From Bacteroidota bacterium (GTDB taxonomy: Bacteria; Bacteroidota; Bacteroidia; Bacteroidales; GCA-2711565), in assembly GCA_003353955.1 (NCBI GenBank), contig PIVJ01000001.1, forward strand, positions 16,728-80,727: 64,000 nt of DNA, written 5' to 3'. The position numbers and the translations under genes were made by a program. Every line of letters begins with the position of its first letter. The stretch's first letter is position 1. Under the pieces are notes generated by a model. That model worked only from the letters and a program-made list of their open reading frames with translations, did no database searches and was not told the DNA's origin. Below are positions 37,967 to 47,252 of this stretch, piece by piece.

Positions 37967-38611
37967 TTAATGGCAGCCATCATCGCAACAGCAACTTAAT
38001 GACTCACTTCTTGATTTCTGGAAAGCTTCTCGCCCTTCTTTAAAAGCAAACCATGCTACGCCTAATGAACCTGCGATATCGACATATCCGATACCGGTAA
38101 ATTCATACAACAAACTTGAGGCTAATAAAATAAATGAAAGATAGAAGCAGGTTTTTGTGCAATTTGCATCTGCAATTATCGCATCAGAGTTTAACGCTTT
38201 TCCAGCTTTTAACTTATACCTCATAAGAAGATACATCGTAAGAATTGAAATGGATGAAATGATAATTCCAACAAAAGTGGTATCAGGTTTTGCATCATTA
38301 ATAATGTTGATAACACTGCCGACTAACAAACCTAACATAAGTAAATAAAATGCGAAACCGGTAATTTTCAATGCTTGCCTTTCGAATTGATTCCTTTCTT
38401 TTATAGCCGATTTTTTCATTCGAAGCACCAAATGTAAAATTCCAATTCCTGATATTACTTCAACGAAACTATCAACTCCAAAACCAAGTAAGACCAGGGT
38501 TTCATCTTCCATCCCGTAATAAACAGAAATCAAGCCTTCCAATACATTATAAACAATGGTAATGATGGCAAGTATGAGGGCTGTTTTGAGTAATTTGGCT
38601 TGCTTGGCCAT
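37967..38611 (-). CDS. Short cation-diffusion-facilitator-like transporter (TM domain only) with Cys-rich tail
   Basis: 214 aa, six predicted TM helices. Acidic/His positions in TM2/TM5 (FGVDSFVEVISG; ADANCT). C-terminus is ...SLSCCCDDGCH. Confidence 0.55.
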   Translation of the reverse strand: MAKQAKLLKTALILAIITIVYNVLEGLISVYYGMEDETLVLLGFGVDSFVEVISGIGILHLVLRMKKSAIKERNQFERQALKITGFAFYLLMLGLLVGSVINIINDAKPDTTFVGIIISSISILTMYLLMRYKLKAGKALNSDAIIADANCTKTCFYLSFILLASSLLYEFTGIGYVDIAGSLGVAWFAFKEGREAFQKSRSESLSCCCDDGCH

Positions 38612-38636
38612 CGTCTTTTGTTAGTCAGAAAGTAAA

Positions 38637-38663
38637 CTTACAGGGATTAGATATCCCTGCAAG
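38637..38663 (-). terminator. Hairpin between the HMA gene and the CDF-like gene
   Basis: cttaCAGGGATtagatATCCCTGcaag: 7-bp perfect core, extendable to 11 bp with one mismatch. Confidence 0.35.
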
Positions 38664-38680
38664 TTAAAAATTATACTTAT

Positions 38681-39082
38681 TTAATTTTTATGACCTTCAT
38701 GTCCTTCTTCAGCTTCTTTTTCAGCCTTTTTTTCAGCTTCAGGGCGGTCATATTGACAACAACCTGGAAGTTCTTTGTAAACTTTATCATCGGCTTTATA
38801 TGTATCGGTATCATGTCCGACTTTGGCAATAGCCCTATGAATGTTATGAAGTTCAACTTTTTCAGCATCAAATGTTACACTGATCATTTTGGTTTCTTTG
38901 TCCCAATCAGTCAGGCTAACTCCATCAATAGATTTAACTGCTTTTTCAATACGTGACTCGCACATACTGCAGTTACCATATACCTTAAACTCTTTGGTTG
39001 CGGCATCATCTTGAGCTTTAAGTAGAGAAGTTCCTCCAATTGCAAATACTGCAATTAGCATTAGTTTTGTTAGTGTTTTCAT
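38681..39082 (-). CDS. Secreted heavy-metal-associated (HMA) domain protein with His/Glu-rich tail
   Basis: 133 aa with signal peptide. FKVYGNCSMCESRIEKAV metal-binding loop and ferredoxin-like fold length. C-terminal CCQYD...EEGHEGH. Confidence 0.7.
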   Translation of the reverse strand: MKTLTKLMLIAVFAIGGTSLLKAQDDAATKEFKVYGNCSMCESRIEKAVKSIDGVSLTDWDKETKMISVTFDAEKVELHNIHRAIAKVGHDTDTYKADDKVYKELPGCCQYDRPEAEKKAEKEAEEGHEGHKN

Positions 39083-39121
39083 TGTTTTAAGTTTTAGTTA
39101 TAGATTATAATTATTAAAATT

Positions 39122-39164
39122 ACACTCCGTTTCTATCTGTAAATTATTGATAGAAATGGAGTGT
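39122..39164 (-). terminator. Long 16-bp hairpin between the Met-rich lipoprotein gene and the HMA gene
   Basis: ACACTCCGTTTCTATC-tgtaaattatt-GATAGAAATGGAGTGT (one G-U position). Followed on the minus strand by attttaat. Confidence 0.5.
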
Positions 39165-39173
39165 GTTGAATTA

Positions 39174-39731
39174 TCAGTCATTATCTTTTGTTCCTTCAAA
39201 TCGCATGAGCATGTTGTTATTTCCCATATCTTCAAAACTATATCCAAAGGTATGATTATTTAAATCAAAACCTCCAAAATGGGGCTCTCTATTTTTATGA
39301 TCTACACTTAAATGATGCATCCATCCGGTGGAGTCACTGCTTGTACTACCATTTCCTCCCATCATCGAACCAAAGCCATTCATCATGCTACCTATAACAT
39401 TACGCATATGTCCGTATTCATTATAAAAATCATCACCGGTTAGACAGACGTATAGGCTATCATGCTGACTGAAAAGATCAAGCATAAAAGTAGTATCAAT
39501 ATTTCCGCCATAACAATGAACCCGGATGGATGAATCAGAGTTCATTTGTATTTCTGCGTGTGCTTCAATAGTTGATTTTAAGCTTTCACTCAAAAAAGCT
39601 CCGGTATAATTTCCTGCAATTTGGTCAAAATAGCTTAAGTCATTATTCATTTGTGTTTCTTTATTACATGAAACAACTAAAAGGGCAATAAGCATCATGC
39701 CCGATCCAATCATTGTTTTTTTAATTTTCAT
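39174..39731 (-). CDS. Met/His-rich lipoprotein, putative periplasmic Cu/Ag-binding accessory protein
   Basis: 185 aa. Lipobox LVVSC. Tandem GSMMNGFGSMMGG plus WMHHLSVDH. Lies immediately downstream of the adaptor gene. Confidence 0.5.
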   Translation of the reverse strand: MKIKKTMIGSGMMLIALLVVSCNKETQMNNDLSYFDQIAGNYTGAFLSESLKSTIEAHAEIQMNSDSSIRVHCYGGNIDTTFMLDLFSQHDSLYVCLTGDDFYNEYGHMRNVIGSMMNGFGSMMGGNGSTSSDSTGWMHHLSVDHKNREPHFGGFDLNNHTFGYSFEDMGNNNMLMRFEGTKDND

Positions 39732-39740
39732 TTTCTCAGT

Positions 39741-41603
39741 TTATTTATTAGTAGATATTATAGTTTCTTTAGTTTCGCCACATTTAAGCATCATATCACC
39801 AAAATAAGGATTCCTGATCTCTTCAACATCACTTAACCAATAAGCTCCTCTGTTGTCAAAGGTCATTGGGCAAAATTGGCGATAGAGTGTATTTTTGTTT
39901 TTCATCACAAACCCAAAACTTTTTATAGCGATGGTTAAATGATTTGATACAATTTCAAAATGACTCCGTTTTATTTCGATTCCTTTCATTGAAATTATAC
40001 CCTTAATATTGTCTTTTATTTGTTTCAGCTCGGTCATCCAAAAATTGTGTGCTTCTTGGTTTAAAAGTGACATATCAACTTTATTCAATGAATTGAGTGT
40101 GGTTTGGGCGGCAGATTCAGAGAGTTCTTCGTCTGTGGCTACAAAGGCATCTTTCAAATCAATATAGGCCACAACCAACTCACCTAATTGTTTCTTAAAT
40201 GCTACGGGGGCTTTCATTTTTTTAACACCCATTTCCATTTTATTAATTGTAGAAACGTTAGTTTTACCCTCATTACCCATATTCATTTTTGACATATCGT
40301 GCGGTGTAGAACCTGCTCCTCCTTCGGGATTCATCATACTTGGCAACCCTTGTAACTGTGAAGCAGCATCAATCTTAAATACACCGTTTACCGCTATCTC
40401 TTCACCTGCTTGTAATCCTTCTGCTACAATATAAAATGCTCCGGCTTCAGGGCCTAAAACTATTTCGCGATATTTAAATGAAGGAGTGTCGCGATTAGCA
40501 ACTTTAACATAAACTATCGCACGTTTACCAGTCCATAAAATAGATGATTTAGGAATAAGAATTTGATTGCTGCTCATTGCAATTTTTGATTTGAGTAAAC
40601 CGGAAGTAAACATTTGGGGTTTGAGCAATGATCTGGCATTTGAGACTTCAACCCTTACTTGTGTAATTCTTGTTTTAGCGTTGATAAAAGGATCGATGTA
40701 AGTTACCTTTGCAGAGAAGTTTTCTCCGGGCAACGACTGAACGGTAAAATCAATTCTGTCACCCATTTTTATCCAGGATAAATCGCTTTCGTAAGCATCA
40801 AACATTACCCATAGTTTTGATAGGTCAATCACCTGAAACAAGGGTTTTCCCTCTTTGATATAATCTCCAATGGCGACATGGCGCATGCTTACCGTACCTG
40901 TTATCGGTGATAATACATCGAAATATAATTGCGGATCACCTTTTAGTTCAATATCATTAATTTGCTTTTCGGTTAAATCCCAGAGTTTCAATTTCCCTCG
41001 TGCCGCCTTATAAAGTGATGGACGGATTTCTTTATAAGAAATCGCTTCAAGTAATTCACGTTGCGCTGTAACTAATTTCGGTGAATATACCGTAGCCAGT
41101 TTCTCTCCCTTTTTAACATTCTGACCTGTAAAATTGATAAATAATTTCTCAATACGACCACCAAAACGAGCTGTTAATTCTGCAATATTTCGTTCGTCGG
41201 CATGAATTTTTCCTTGCAAATAAACTGATTTTTCAGGAGTCCCTTCAACGATCTTCAGAGTTTGTATTTCGGCTAGTTTAGCAGCCGATTCGCTTATCAC
41301 AATTTCGTTCGGATCAACATCATTTGCACCTGAACTCATTGTAGTTAACAGAATTAAATCCATAGCGCAAATTGGACATTTACCTGCTTTATCCATCTTA
41401 ATTTGAGGGTGCATGGAGCAAGTCCAAGTTTGATCTTCTGATTCATGATCATGACCTTCATGTCCGGTAAACTCAGGTTCCTTACCTTCAGCAGAGCTTG
41501 GTTTCCCCTGATGAAAAAACAGCCAACCTAGAAATATCCCGGAAATAAAGATCACTAATACCAGTTTATAGTTCGATTTTATTGTTTCAATTAAATTTTT
41601 CAT
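39741..41603 (-). CDS. CusB-like RND adaptor fused to an N-terminal heavy-metal-binding domain and a C-terminal DUF3347-like domain
   Basis: 620 aa. GHEGHDHESED, then WTCSMHPQIKMDKAGKCPICAMDL (HMBD Cys motif), an MFP core, and a C-terminal helical domain ending FCPM...YWLS....NPYFG..ML.CGE. Confidence 0.8.
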   Translation of the reverse strand: MKNLIETIKSNYKLVLVIFISGIFLGWLFFHQGKPSSAEGKEPEFTGHEGHDHESEDQTWTCSMHPQIKMDKAGKCPICAMDLILLTTMSSGANDVDPNEIVISESAAKLAEIQTLKIVEGTPEKSVYLQGKIHADERNIAELTARFGGRIEKLFINFTGQNVKKGEKLATVYSPKLVTAQRELLEAISYKEIRPSLYKAARGKLKLWDLTEKQINDIELKGDPQLYFDVLSPITGTVSMRHVAIGDYIKEGKPLFQVIDLSKLWVMFDAYESDLSWIKMGDRIDFTVQSLPGENFSAKVTYIDPFINAKTRITQVRVEVSNARSLLKPQMFTSGLLKSKIAMSSNQILIPKSSILWTGKRAIVYVKVANRDTPSFKYREIVLGPEAGAFYIVAEGLQAGEEIAVNGVFKIDAASQLQGLPSMMNPEGGAGSTPHDMSKMNMGNEGKTNVSTINKMEMGVKKMKAPVAFKKQLGELVVAYIDLKDAFVATDEELSESAAQTTLNSLNKVDMSLLNQEAHNFWMTELKQIKDNIKGIISMKGIEIKRSHFEIVSNHLTIAIKSFGFVMKNKNTLYRQFCPMTFDNRGAYWLSDVEEIRNPYFGDMMLKCGETKETIISTNK

Positions 41604-41665
41604 TTCAATTATTTTTTAAATTTCTTTTCTACTAAAACTAGACTAGCAAATCAGCATAATCCTTA

Positions 41666-42898
41666 TCATTTACCCATTAAATAAATGATGAATGCGATAG
41701 CTGCTTGTTTATCAGATTTTGCTTTTTCCAGTTTCAGGCTATAATTAATGAGTTTTCGATCCATTCGTAAAATTTCCTCAAAATCTTTATTTCCTGTTGA
41801 ATAGTCGGTTTCAAGCAGGGTTAATGAATTTTGAGCAAGTGCAAACTGTTTATGGTAAAGTGAGATTCTTCGATCCCCATCCAGGTAGTCTTTCCAGCCA
41901 TTCTCAAATATTGTTTCAAGTATATTTACTTTGTTCATTTTTTCGTTGGTTTTGGCCAACTCGAGATAAACTACTTCTTGTACCATCGCTTTATATTTAT
42001 TGCGGTATATGGGGATGGTAAGGCCAATGGTCGGAAATACAAAAGAATCTGTTCCGGCAAGGTCATTTGGCCCCTTGCCAATAACGACGTATTCAATTCC
42101 TATTTTAAAATCTGGATTTCCCTTCAGCCTTGCAACTTCTTTTTTATATTGAAGTGCCTGTTGTTGAAATTCGATTTCAAGTAATTGATGATTAAATTGA
42201 TTAATGGAATCAAGTGCCTCCTGTTTGGTAAATTGAATATCATCAATCCACAAATTATCGGGCGTTTTTATCAAACTATTCTTATTTACATTCAGTAAAT
42301 TATTAAAAGTAATTTCCAATACGTTTTGCTTATCTTTTAATAATGCCAACTGGTTCTCCAGGTCATTAATCTCCATTTCAATCCGGTATTCATCTACCGG
42401 AGAAACCAAACCAGCTTCAACTTTAATAATAGCCAGTCTTTTGAAAATAGTAAGAATTTCGATGTTTTTAAGTGTTATTTCGATTGCCTTTTTATTAAAA
42501 TAAAGGTTAAAATAAGTTGTTTTAACACTGTTGAATAATGTTGATTTTGTTTCCTCAAAAAGCTCATATTTAGCCTTTATAGCCTGAATAGCTACATTTT
42601 CTTTAGCTTTAAACGTTCCAAACCATGGGAACATTTGTGAGGCGGCAAACTTCAATTTCTGAGGACCCATTCGCGTTTCAATTGGTTGGATAAAATAACC
42701 AAACGCCAGCTGAGGATCGGGTAATGATTTTACTTGAGGTAGCACCTCAAGTGAAGCCATATACTCATTAAATTTTACTTTAAGTTCAGGATTATTCTGG
42801 CCCGCAACTTCCAAGTATTGATTTAAATCTTTTTGTGCCAAAGCTAATGAAGAGATCAGCAAAAAGAACAAACCTATCATTGTTTTATATTTCTTCAT
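41666..42898 (-). CDS. TolC-family outer-membrane factor (CusC-like)
   Basis: 410 aa with signal peptide and TolC repeat pattern. Lies between the RND and adaptor genes. Confidence 0.75.
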   Translation of the reverse strand: MKKYKTMIGLFFLLISSLALAQKDLNQYLEVAGQNNPELKVKFNEYMASLEVLPQVKSLPDPQLAFGYFIQPIETRMGPQKLKFAASQMFPWFGTFKAKENVAIQAIKAKYELFEETKSTLFNSVKTTYFNLYFNKKAIEITLKNIEILTIFKRLAIIKVEAGLVSPVDEYRIEMEINDLENQLALLKDKQNVLEITFNNLLNVNKNSLIKTPDNLWIDDIQFTKQEALDSINQFNHQLLEIEFQQQALQYKKEVARLKGNPDFKIGIEYVVIGKGPNDLAGTDSFVFPTIGLTIPIYRNKYKAMVQEVVYLELAKTNEKMNKVNILETIFENGWKDYLDGDRRISLYHKQFALAQNSLTLLETDYSTGNKDFEEILRMDRKLINYSLKLEKAKSDKQAAIAFIIYLMGK

Positions 42899-42902
42899 AT
42901 GA

Positions 42903-45900
42903 TTAAATATTTTGCTTTTTTAATTTTTCTTCTTGCCACATGCTATATAAAACAGGAACAACAAACATGGTTAAAACCTCTATGGTCATTCCTCCAAATA
43001 ATGGAATAGCCATTGGAATCATAATGTCTGATCCTTTACCGGTCGACGTAAGAATTGGCAGCAATGCAATAACAGTTGTTGCGGTTGTTATAACTGCCGG
43101 GCGAACCCTTTTTGAACCCGCTTCAAGCACTAAGCCACGAATATCTTTCACCGTTTTTGCCGGCTTCTTTTCCTGTAGCTGTTTTATATAGGTGCTAATT
43201 AAAACCCCATCATCAGTTGCAACACCGAAGAGGGCAATAAAACCAACCCAAACTGCCACACTCAAATTTATTGTATGTACCTGAAACAGATCACGGAGAT
43301 TAATTCCAGCCATTGTGCCATCCAAAAACCATGGTTGTGCATAAAACCAAAGCATTATAAATCCACCCGAAATCGCAACAATTATACCCGAAAATATGAG
43401 TAATGTTGATGGAACTGATCTAAACTGAAAGTACAAGATTAGGAAAATAATGAGCAATGCAACCGGAATTACAATTAGTAATCTTTTTGTAGCCCTGATT
43501 TGATTCTCATAATTTCCAGTAAACACATAACTAACACCGGCGGGTAATGAGAATTCTCCACTTTCTAATTTCAGATTAAGATAATCTTGTGCCTTTTCAA
43601 CCACATCAACTTCGGCATAACCTTCTATTTTGTCAAAAATAACATAGCCAACCAAAAAGGTGTTTTCGCTTTTTATCAATTGAGGGCCTCTGGTATAGTG
43701 CGTTGTTACCAATTCGCCTAAAGGAATTTGAGCCCCTGTTGGGGTTGGGATTAGAATTTTTTTCAAATCTTCAGGACTATCACGGTATTCACGGGCATAG
43801 CGCAACCGTACTGGGAATCGTTCCCTTCCTTCGACGGTTGTTGTAAGTTGCATGCCTCCGATGGAACTGCCAATCACTGATTGTAGATTCTTAACCGATA
43901 GACCGTATCGCGCAATTGCATCTCTGTTGATCTCCATTTCAAGGTATGGTTTTCCAACTACACGATCTGCAAATACAGACATCCCCTGAATCCCTTCAAC
44001 TTCTTTCAGGAATTTTTCTAACTCATACCCAACTTTTTCAATACTTTCCAAATCAGAACCAAATACTTTGATTCCCATTGGTGCACGCATGCCGGTTTGA
44101 AGCATTACCAAACGTGTTTGAATAGGCTGCAATTTTGGTGCAGAAGTTAAACCGGGAATACTTGCCTGGCTGATAATTTCATCCCAAATATCGTTGGGTG
44201 AATTGATTTCTTCTCGCCACTGGCGGAAATATTCCCCATTTCTATCACCAATAAGGTTTTCTTTATTAATAGACCTGAATCCATCGTCTTTCGGATTGTA
44301 AGTATTCCCGTCTTTTAAAACATATGCACCCTTTTTATCAACCTTAAATCGCATCCGATGCCCTGATTCATTTAACAGATATTCTGATTTATAGTTGATG
44401 AGGTTTTCGAACATTGAAGTTGGTGCCGGGTCGAGGGCTGAATTTACACGTCCCCATTTACCAACAACATTTTCAACCTCCGGAATTGCATTGATTTTTT
44501 TATCAAGAATGGCAATAACCTCAAGGTTTTCTTCAATCCCTGAGTGAGGCATGGTTGTGGGCATCAATAGGAATGATCCTTCATCTAATGAGGGCATAAA
44601 TTCTTTTCCGATACCGGGAATAGCTTTTTCCATATTTTGATATGTTCCTGTTTTTTTAACAAAATCAGGCATAAAACCAAATACTTTGTCAAACCCTTGC
44701 CAGGTAGTCATTCCAAACAAAATGATAAGGATTGGGATAGATAAAAATTTCCATTTATTATTTAAGCACCAATTTAAAATTCGGGGGTAAAATAAAACGA
44801 CCAATGACATGGCTCCTAAAACAGTACCTACAATGGCAATAACAAACAAAAAGTTAGCAAATAATGAATTTTGAGCCCCCAATGGCATCCATGCCTTGGC
44901 AAGGAAAGATATTACTACCACCGCAGTGATAACGATATTTATAATGTTTTCCCAATTAATTTTTTTATCCGTCCATTTTTCTTTAAACAAACCATTTGCG
45001 CCATAGGCTGATAAGGCGATTGCTATATAAAACCCTGTTGAAATCGAAATACCAATTCCGGCTACAATTATGACAATATTCCATATTTTTTTGTATCTTT
45101 TTTTATCGAACCGTATGGAGAAAACAAGGTGAGCTAAAGTAGGAATTATGATAAGTCCGATGAGCAGGGCAGCCAGCATGGTGAATGTTTTGGTAAAGGC
45201 CAAGGGTTTAAATAGCTTACCTTCTGCCGCTTCCATTGCAAATACAGGAAGGAAGCTAACAATGGTTGTCGCCAGGGCAGTTATTACCGCTCCTGCTACT
45301 TCTGTTGTGGCTTCGTAAACCACATTTAACAAATGTTTTCCACGAGCCCCGATATTTTGGGGCAACTCTATGTGCCGGATTATGTTTTCCGTGAAAACAA
45401 CCCCCACATCTACCATAACGCCAATAGCAATAGCGATTCCTGAAAGGGCTACGATGTTTGCATCAACGCCAAATCGCTTCATCGTAATAAAAGTAATGAG
45501 TACCCCGATGGGCAATAAACTTGATATCAGGAAAGATGCCCGAAGGTTTAAAACCAATATAATAACAACCAAAATGCTAATCAGTAATTCGAGGCTGATA
45601 GCTTCTTCTAATGTGCCCAGTGTTTCTTTGATTAATCCTGAGCGATCATAAAATGGGATAATTGTTACTTTCGAGATGGTACCATCATCCAGGATTTTTG
45701 AAGGTAAACCGGGTTCGATTTCTGCTATTTTCGCTTTTACATCATCAATGGCCTCCAATGGATTGGAACCGTAACGTGCTACCACCACTCCTCCAACGGC
45801 TTCCGATCCACCTTTATCCAAGCCCCCTCTTCGGGTAGCCGGACCAAAATTAATTTTAGCTACATCTTTTAATCGAATCGGAACATTATTTCTTACGGTT

Positions 45901-46697
45901 ACAACGCTTTGTTCTAAATCATCCAGTGTTTTTATATATCCCAAAGCCCTGATTAAGTATTCTACCCGATTAAATTCAAGGGTACGTGCACCAATATCGA
46001 GATTACTGTTTTTAACAGCGACCATGATTTGCTCAATATTCACCCCGTGAGCCTTCATGGCATTGGGGTTGATATCTATTTGATATTCTTTTACAAATCC
46101 ACCAATGGAGGCGACTTCAGCTACACCTTTGGCAGAAGTTAAAGAATAGCGGACATAAAAATCCTGAATCGTTCTTAATTCATGAGGATCCCAGCCTCCA
46201 GCAGGATTTCCTTCTTTATCCCGACCTTCAAGTGTATACCAATAAATTTGACCTAAGGCTGTGGCATCAGGCCCTAAAGCGGGAGTAACATCAGGGGGGA
46301 GTGTTCCTGCCGGTAATGAATTTAATTTTTCGAGAATCCGCGTTCGACTCCAGTAGAATTCGACATCATCTTCAAAAATGAGATAGATACTGGAAACACC
46401 AAAAATTGAATTTGATCGAATGGTTTTAACACCCGGAATTCCCAATAAGGAAGTTGTTAGTGGATAGGAAATCTGATCTTCAATGTCCTGAGGCGACCTA
46501 CCCGGCCATTCGGTATAAACGATTTGTTGATTTTCTCCGATGTCGGGAATGGCATCCACCGGAACAGGAGCTGAAGGCAGTATACCGGTTTTCCATCCAA
46601 ATGGTGAATTAATGATGCCCCAACTAATAAAAACTATTAGCAGAAGGAAGGTAACCAATTTGTTTTCAAGAAAAAAACGAATGATTTTATTAAGCAT
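42903..46697 (-). CDS. CusA/CzcA-family heavy-metal efflux RND permease (long Bacteroidota form)
   Basis: 1264 aa. Conserved HME-RND blocks (e.g. GIAIAIGVMVDVGVVFTENI). A large insertion with extra hydrophobic helices sits between the two halves. Confidence 0.9.
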   Translation of the reverse strand: MLNKIIRFFLENKLVTFLLLIVFISWGIINSPFGWKTGILPSAPVPVDAIPDIGENQQIVYTEWPGRSPQDIEDQISYPLTTSLLGIPGVKTIRSNSIFGVSSIYLIFEDDVEFYWSRTRILEKLNSLPAGTLPPDVTPALGPDATALGQIYWYTLEGRDKEGNPAGGWDPHELRTIQDFYVRYSLTSAKGVAEVASIGGFVKEYQIDINPNAMKAHGVNIEQIMVAVKNSNLDIGARTLEFNRVEYLIRALGYIKTLDDLEQSVVTVRNNVPIRLKDVAKINFGPATRRGGLDKGGSEAVGGVVVARYGSNPLEAIDDVKAKIAEIEPGLPSKILDDGTISKVTIIPFYDRSGLIKETLGTLEEAISLELLISILVVIILVLNLRASFLISSLLPIGVLITFITMKRFGVDANIVALSGIAIAIGVMVDVGVVFTENIIRHIELPQNIGARGKHLLNVVYEATTEVAGAVITALATTIVSFLPVFAMEAAEGKLFKPLAFTKTFTMLAALLIGLIIIPTLAHLVFSIRFDKKRYKKIWNIVIIVAGIGISISTGFYIAIALSAYGANGLFKEKWTDKKINWENIINIVITAVVVISFLAKAWMPLGAQNSLFANFLFVIAIVGTVLGAMSLVVLFYPRILNWCLNNKWKFLSIPILIILFGMTTWQGFDKVFGFMPDFVKKTGTYQNMEKAIPGIGKEFMPSLDEGSFLLMPTTMPHSGIEENLEVIAILDKKINAIPEVENVVGKWGRVNSALDPAPTSMFENLINYKSEYLLNESGHRMRFKVDKKGAYVLKDGNTYNPKDDGFRSINKENLIGDRNGEYFRQWREEINSPNDIWDEIISQASIPGLTSAPKLQPIQTRLVMLQTGMRAPMGIKVFGSDLESIEKVGYELEKFLKEVEGIQGMSVFADRVVGKPYLEMEINRDAIARYGLSVKNLQSVIGSSIGGMQLTTTVEGRERFPVRLRYAREYRDSPEDLKKILIPTPTGAQIPLGELVTTHYTRGPQLIKSENTFLVGYVIFDKIEGYAEVDVVEKAQDYLNLKLESGEFSLPAGVSYVFTGNYENQIRATKRLLIVIPVALLIIFLILYFQFRSVPSTLLIFSGIIVAISGGFIMLWFYAQPWFLDGTMAGINLRDLFQVHTINLSVAVWVGFIALFGVATDDGVLISTYIKQLQEKKPAKTVKDIRGLVLEAGSKRVRPAVITTATTVIALLPILTSTGKGSDIMIPMAIPLFGGMTIEVLTMFVVPVLYSMWQEEKLKKQNI

Positions 46698-46795
46698 AAG
46701 AAAGAAAGTTTAGTTTACATGATTAATTTACATGAAGATAAGACAGGTGCTATAGGTTAAACGCCTGATAACATAGTCATTAATCAAACTAAACG

Positions 46796-47173
46796 CTATA
46801 AGCGGAAAGATTGTATGTCGGCTAAAGAAACCGATAAATCAGGTGGCAGTATAAAATTTCTATCTAAGTATATTGAAGAAATCTGGACGTTTGCTTTAAC
46901 TTCAAGTGATTCCTGAACTAAAAGATCAAAATCAAAAACAAACTGAAAATCAACATTTAACACTTGAGAACCGGCGAAGTCATCTGATAACTGAAAAAAC
47001 TCACTTTCATTTTTACAACAACCTCCATTATTCATATCACAACAGGACTCTGGTACTACATTAACTACAACCTCAACCAGATTATCACCACAATAATGTT
47101 TGGTGATTGTAAATCCGGTTGTTGTAAATAACAACAAACCTGCAACTAGGATATGAATTAAGCGTTTCATCAA
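46796..47173 (-). CDS. Small membrane-anchored Cys-rich protein (HYC...CC...PP motif family), operon leader gene
   Basis: 125 aa. N-terminal helix, then KHYCGDNLV, SCCDMNNGGCCKN, ...ILPPDL. Paralogous to 53142..53558. Confidence 0.6.
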   Translation of the reverse strand: MMKRLIHILVAGLLLFTTTGFTITKHYCGDNLVEVVVNVVPESCCDMNNGGCCKNESEFFQLSDDFAGSQVLNVDFQFVFDFDLLVQESLEVKANVQISSIYLDRNFILPPDLSVSLADIQSFRL

Positions 47174-47197
47174 TTTCCTTAAACTACATTAAGGACA

Positions 47198-47205
47198 CAA
47201 AGTTA
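47198..47205 (-). promoter_or_regulatory. -7 box TAACTTTG for the second RND operon
   Basis: Reverse complement of caaagtta, 25 nt upstream of the ATG at 47173. Confidence 0.45.
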
Positions 47206-47252
47206 CGTTTTAATCGTATCAGAGGCTATAATTTAACACTATGTTAACACCT

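Noticed and set aside
42903-46697. 1264-aa RND ORF as a gene fusion or assembly artefact.
   Set aside because: It is a single uninterrupted frame with both RND halves in normal order. The extra length is one internal insertion containing hydrophobic helices plus a periplasmic segment. I recall this being common in Bacteroidota CusA-like proteins.
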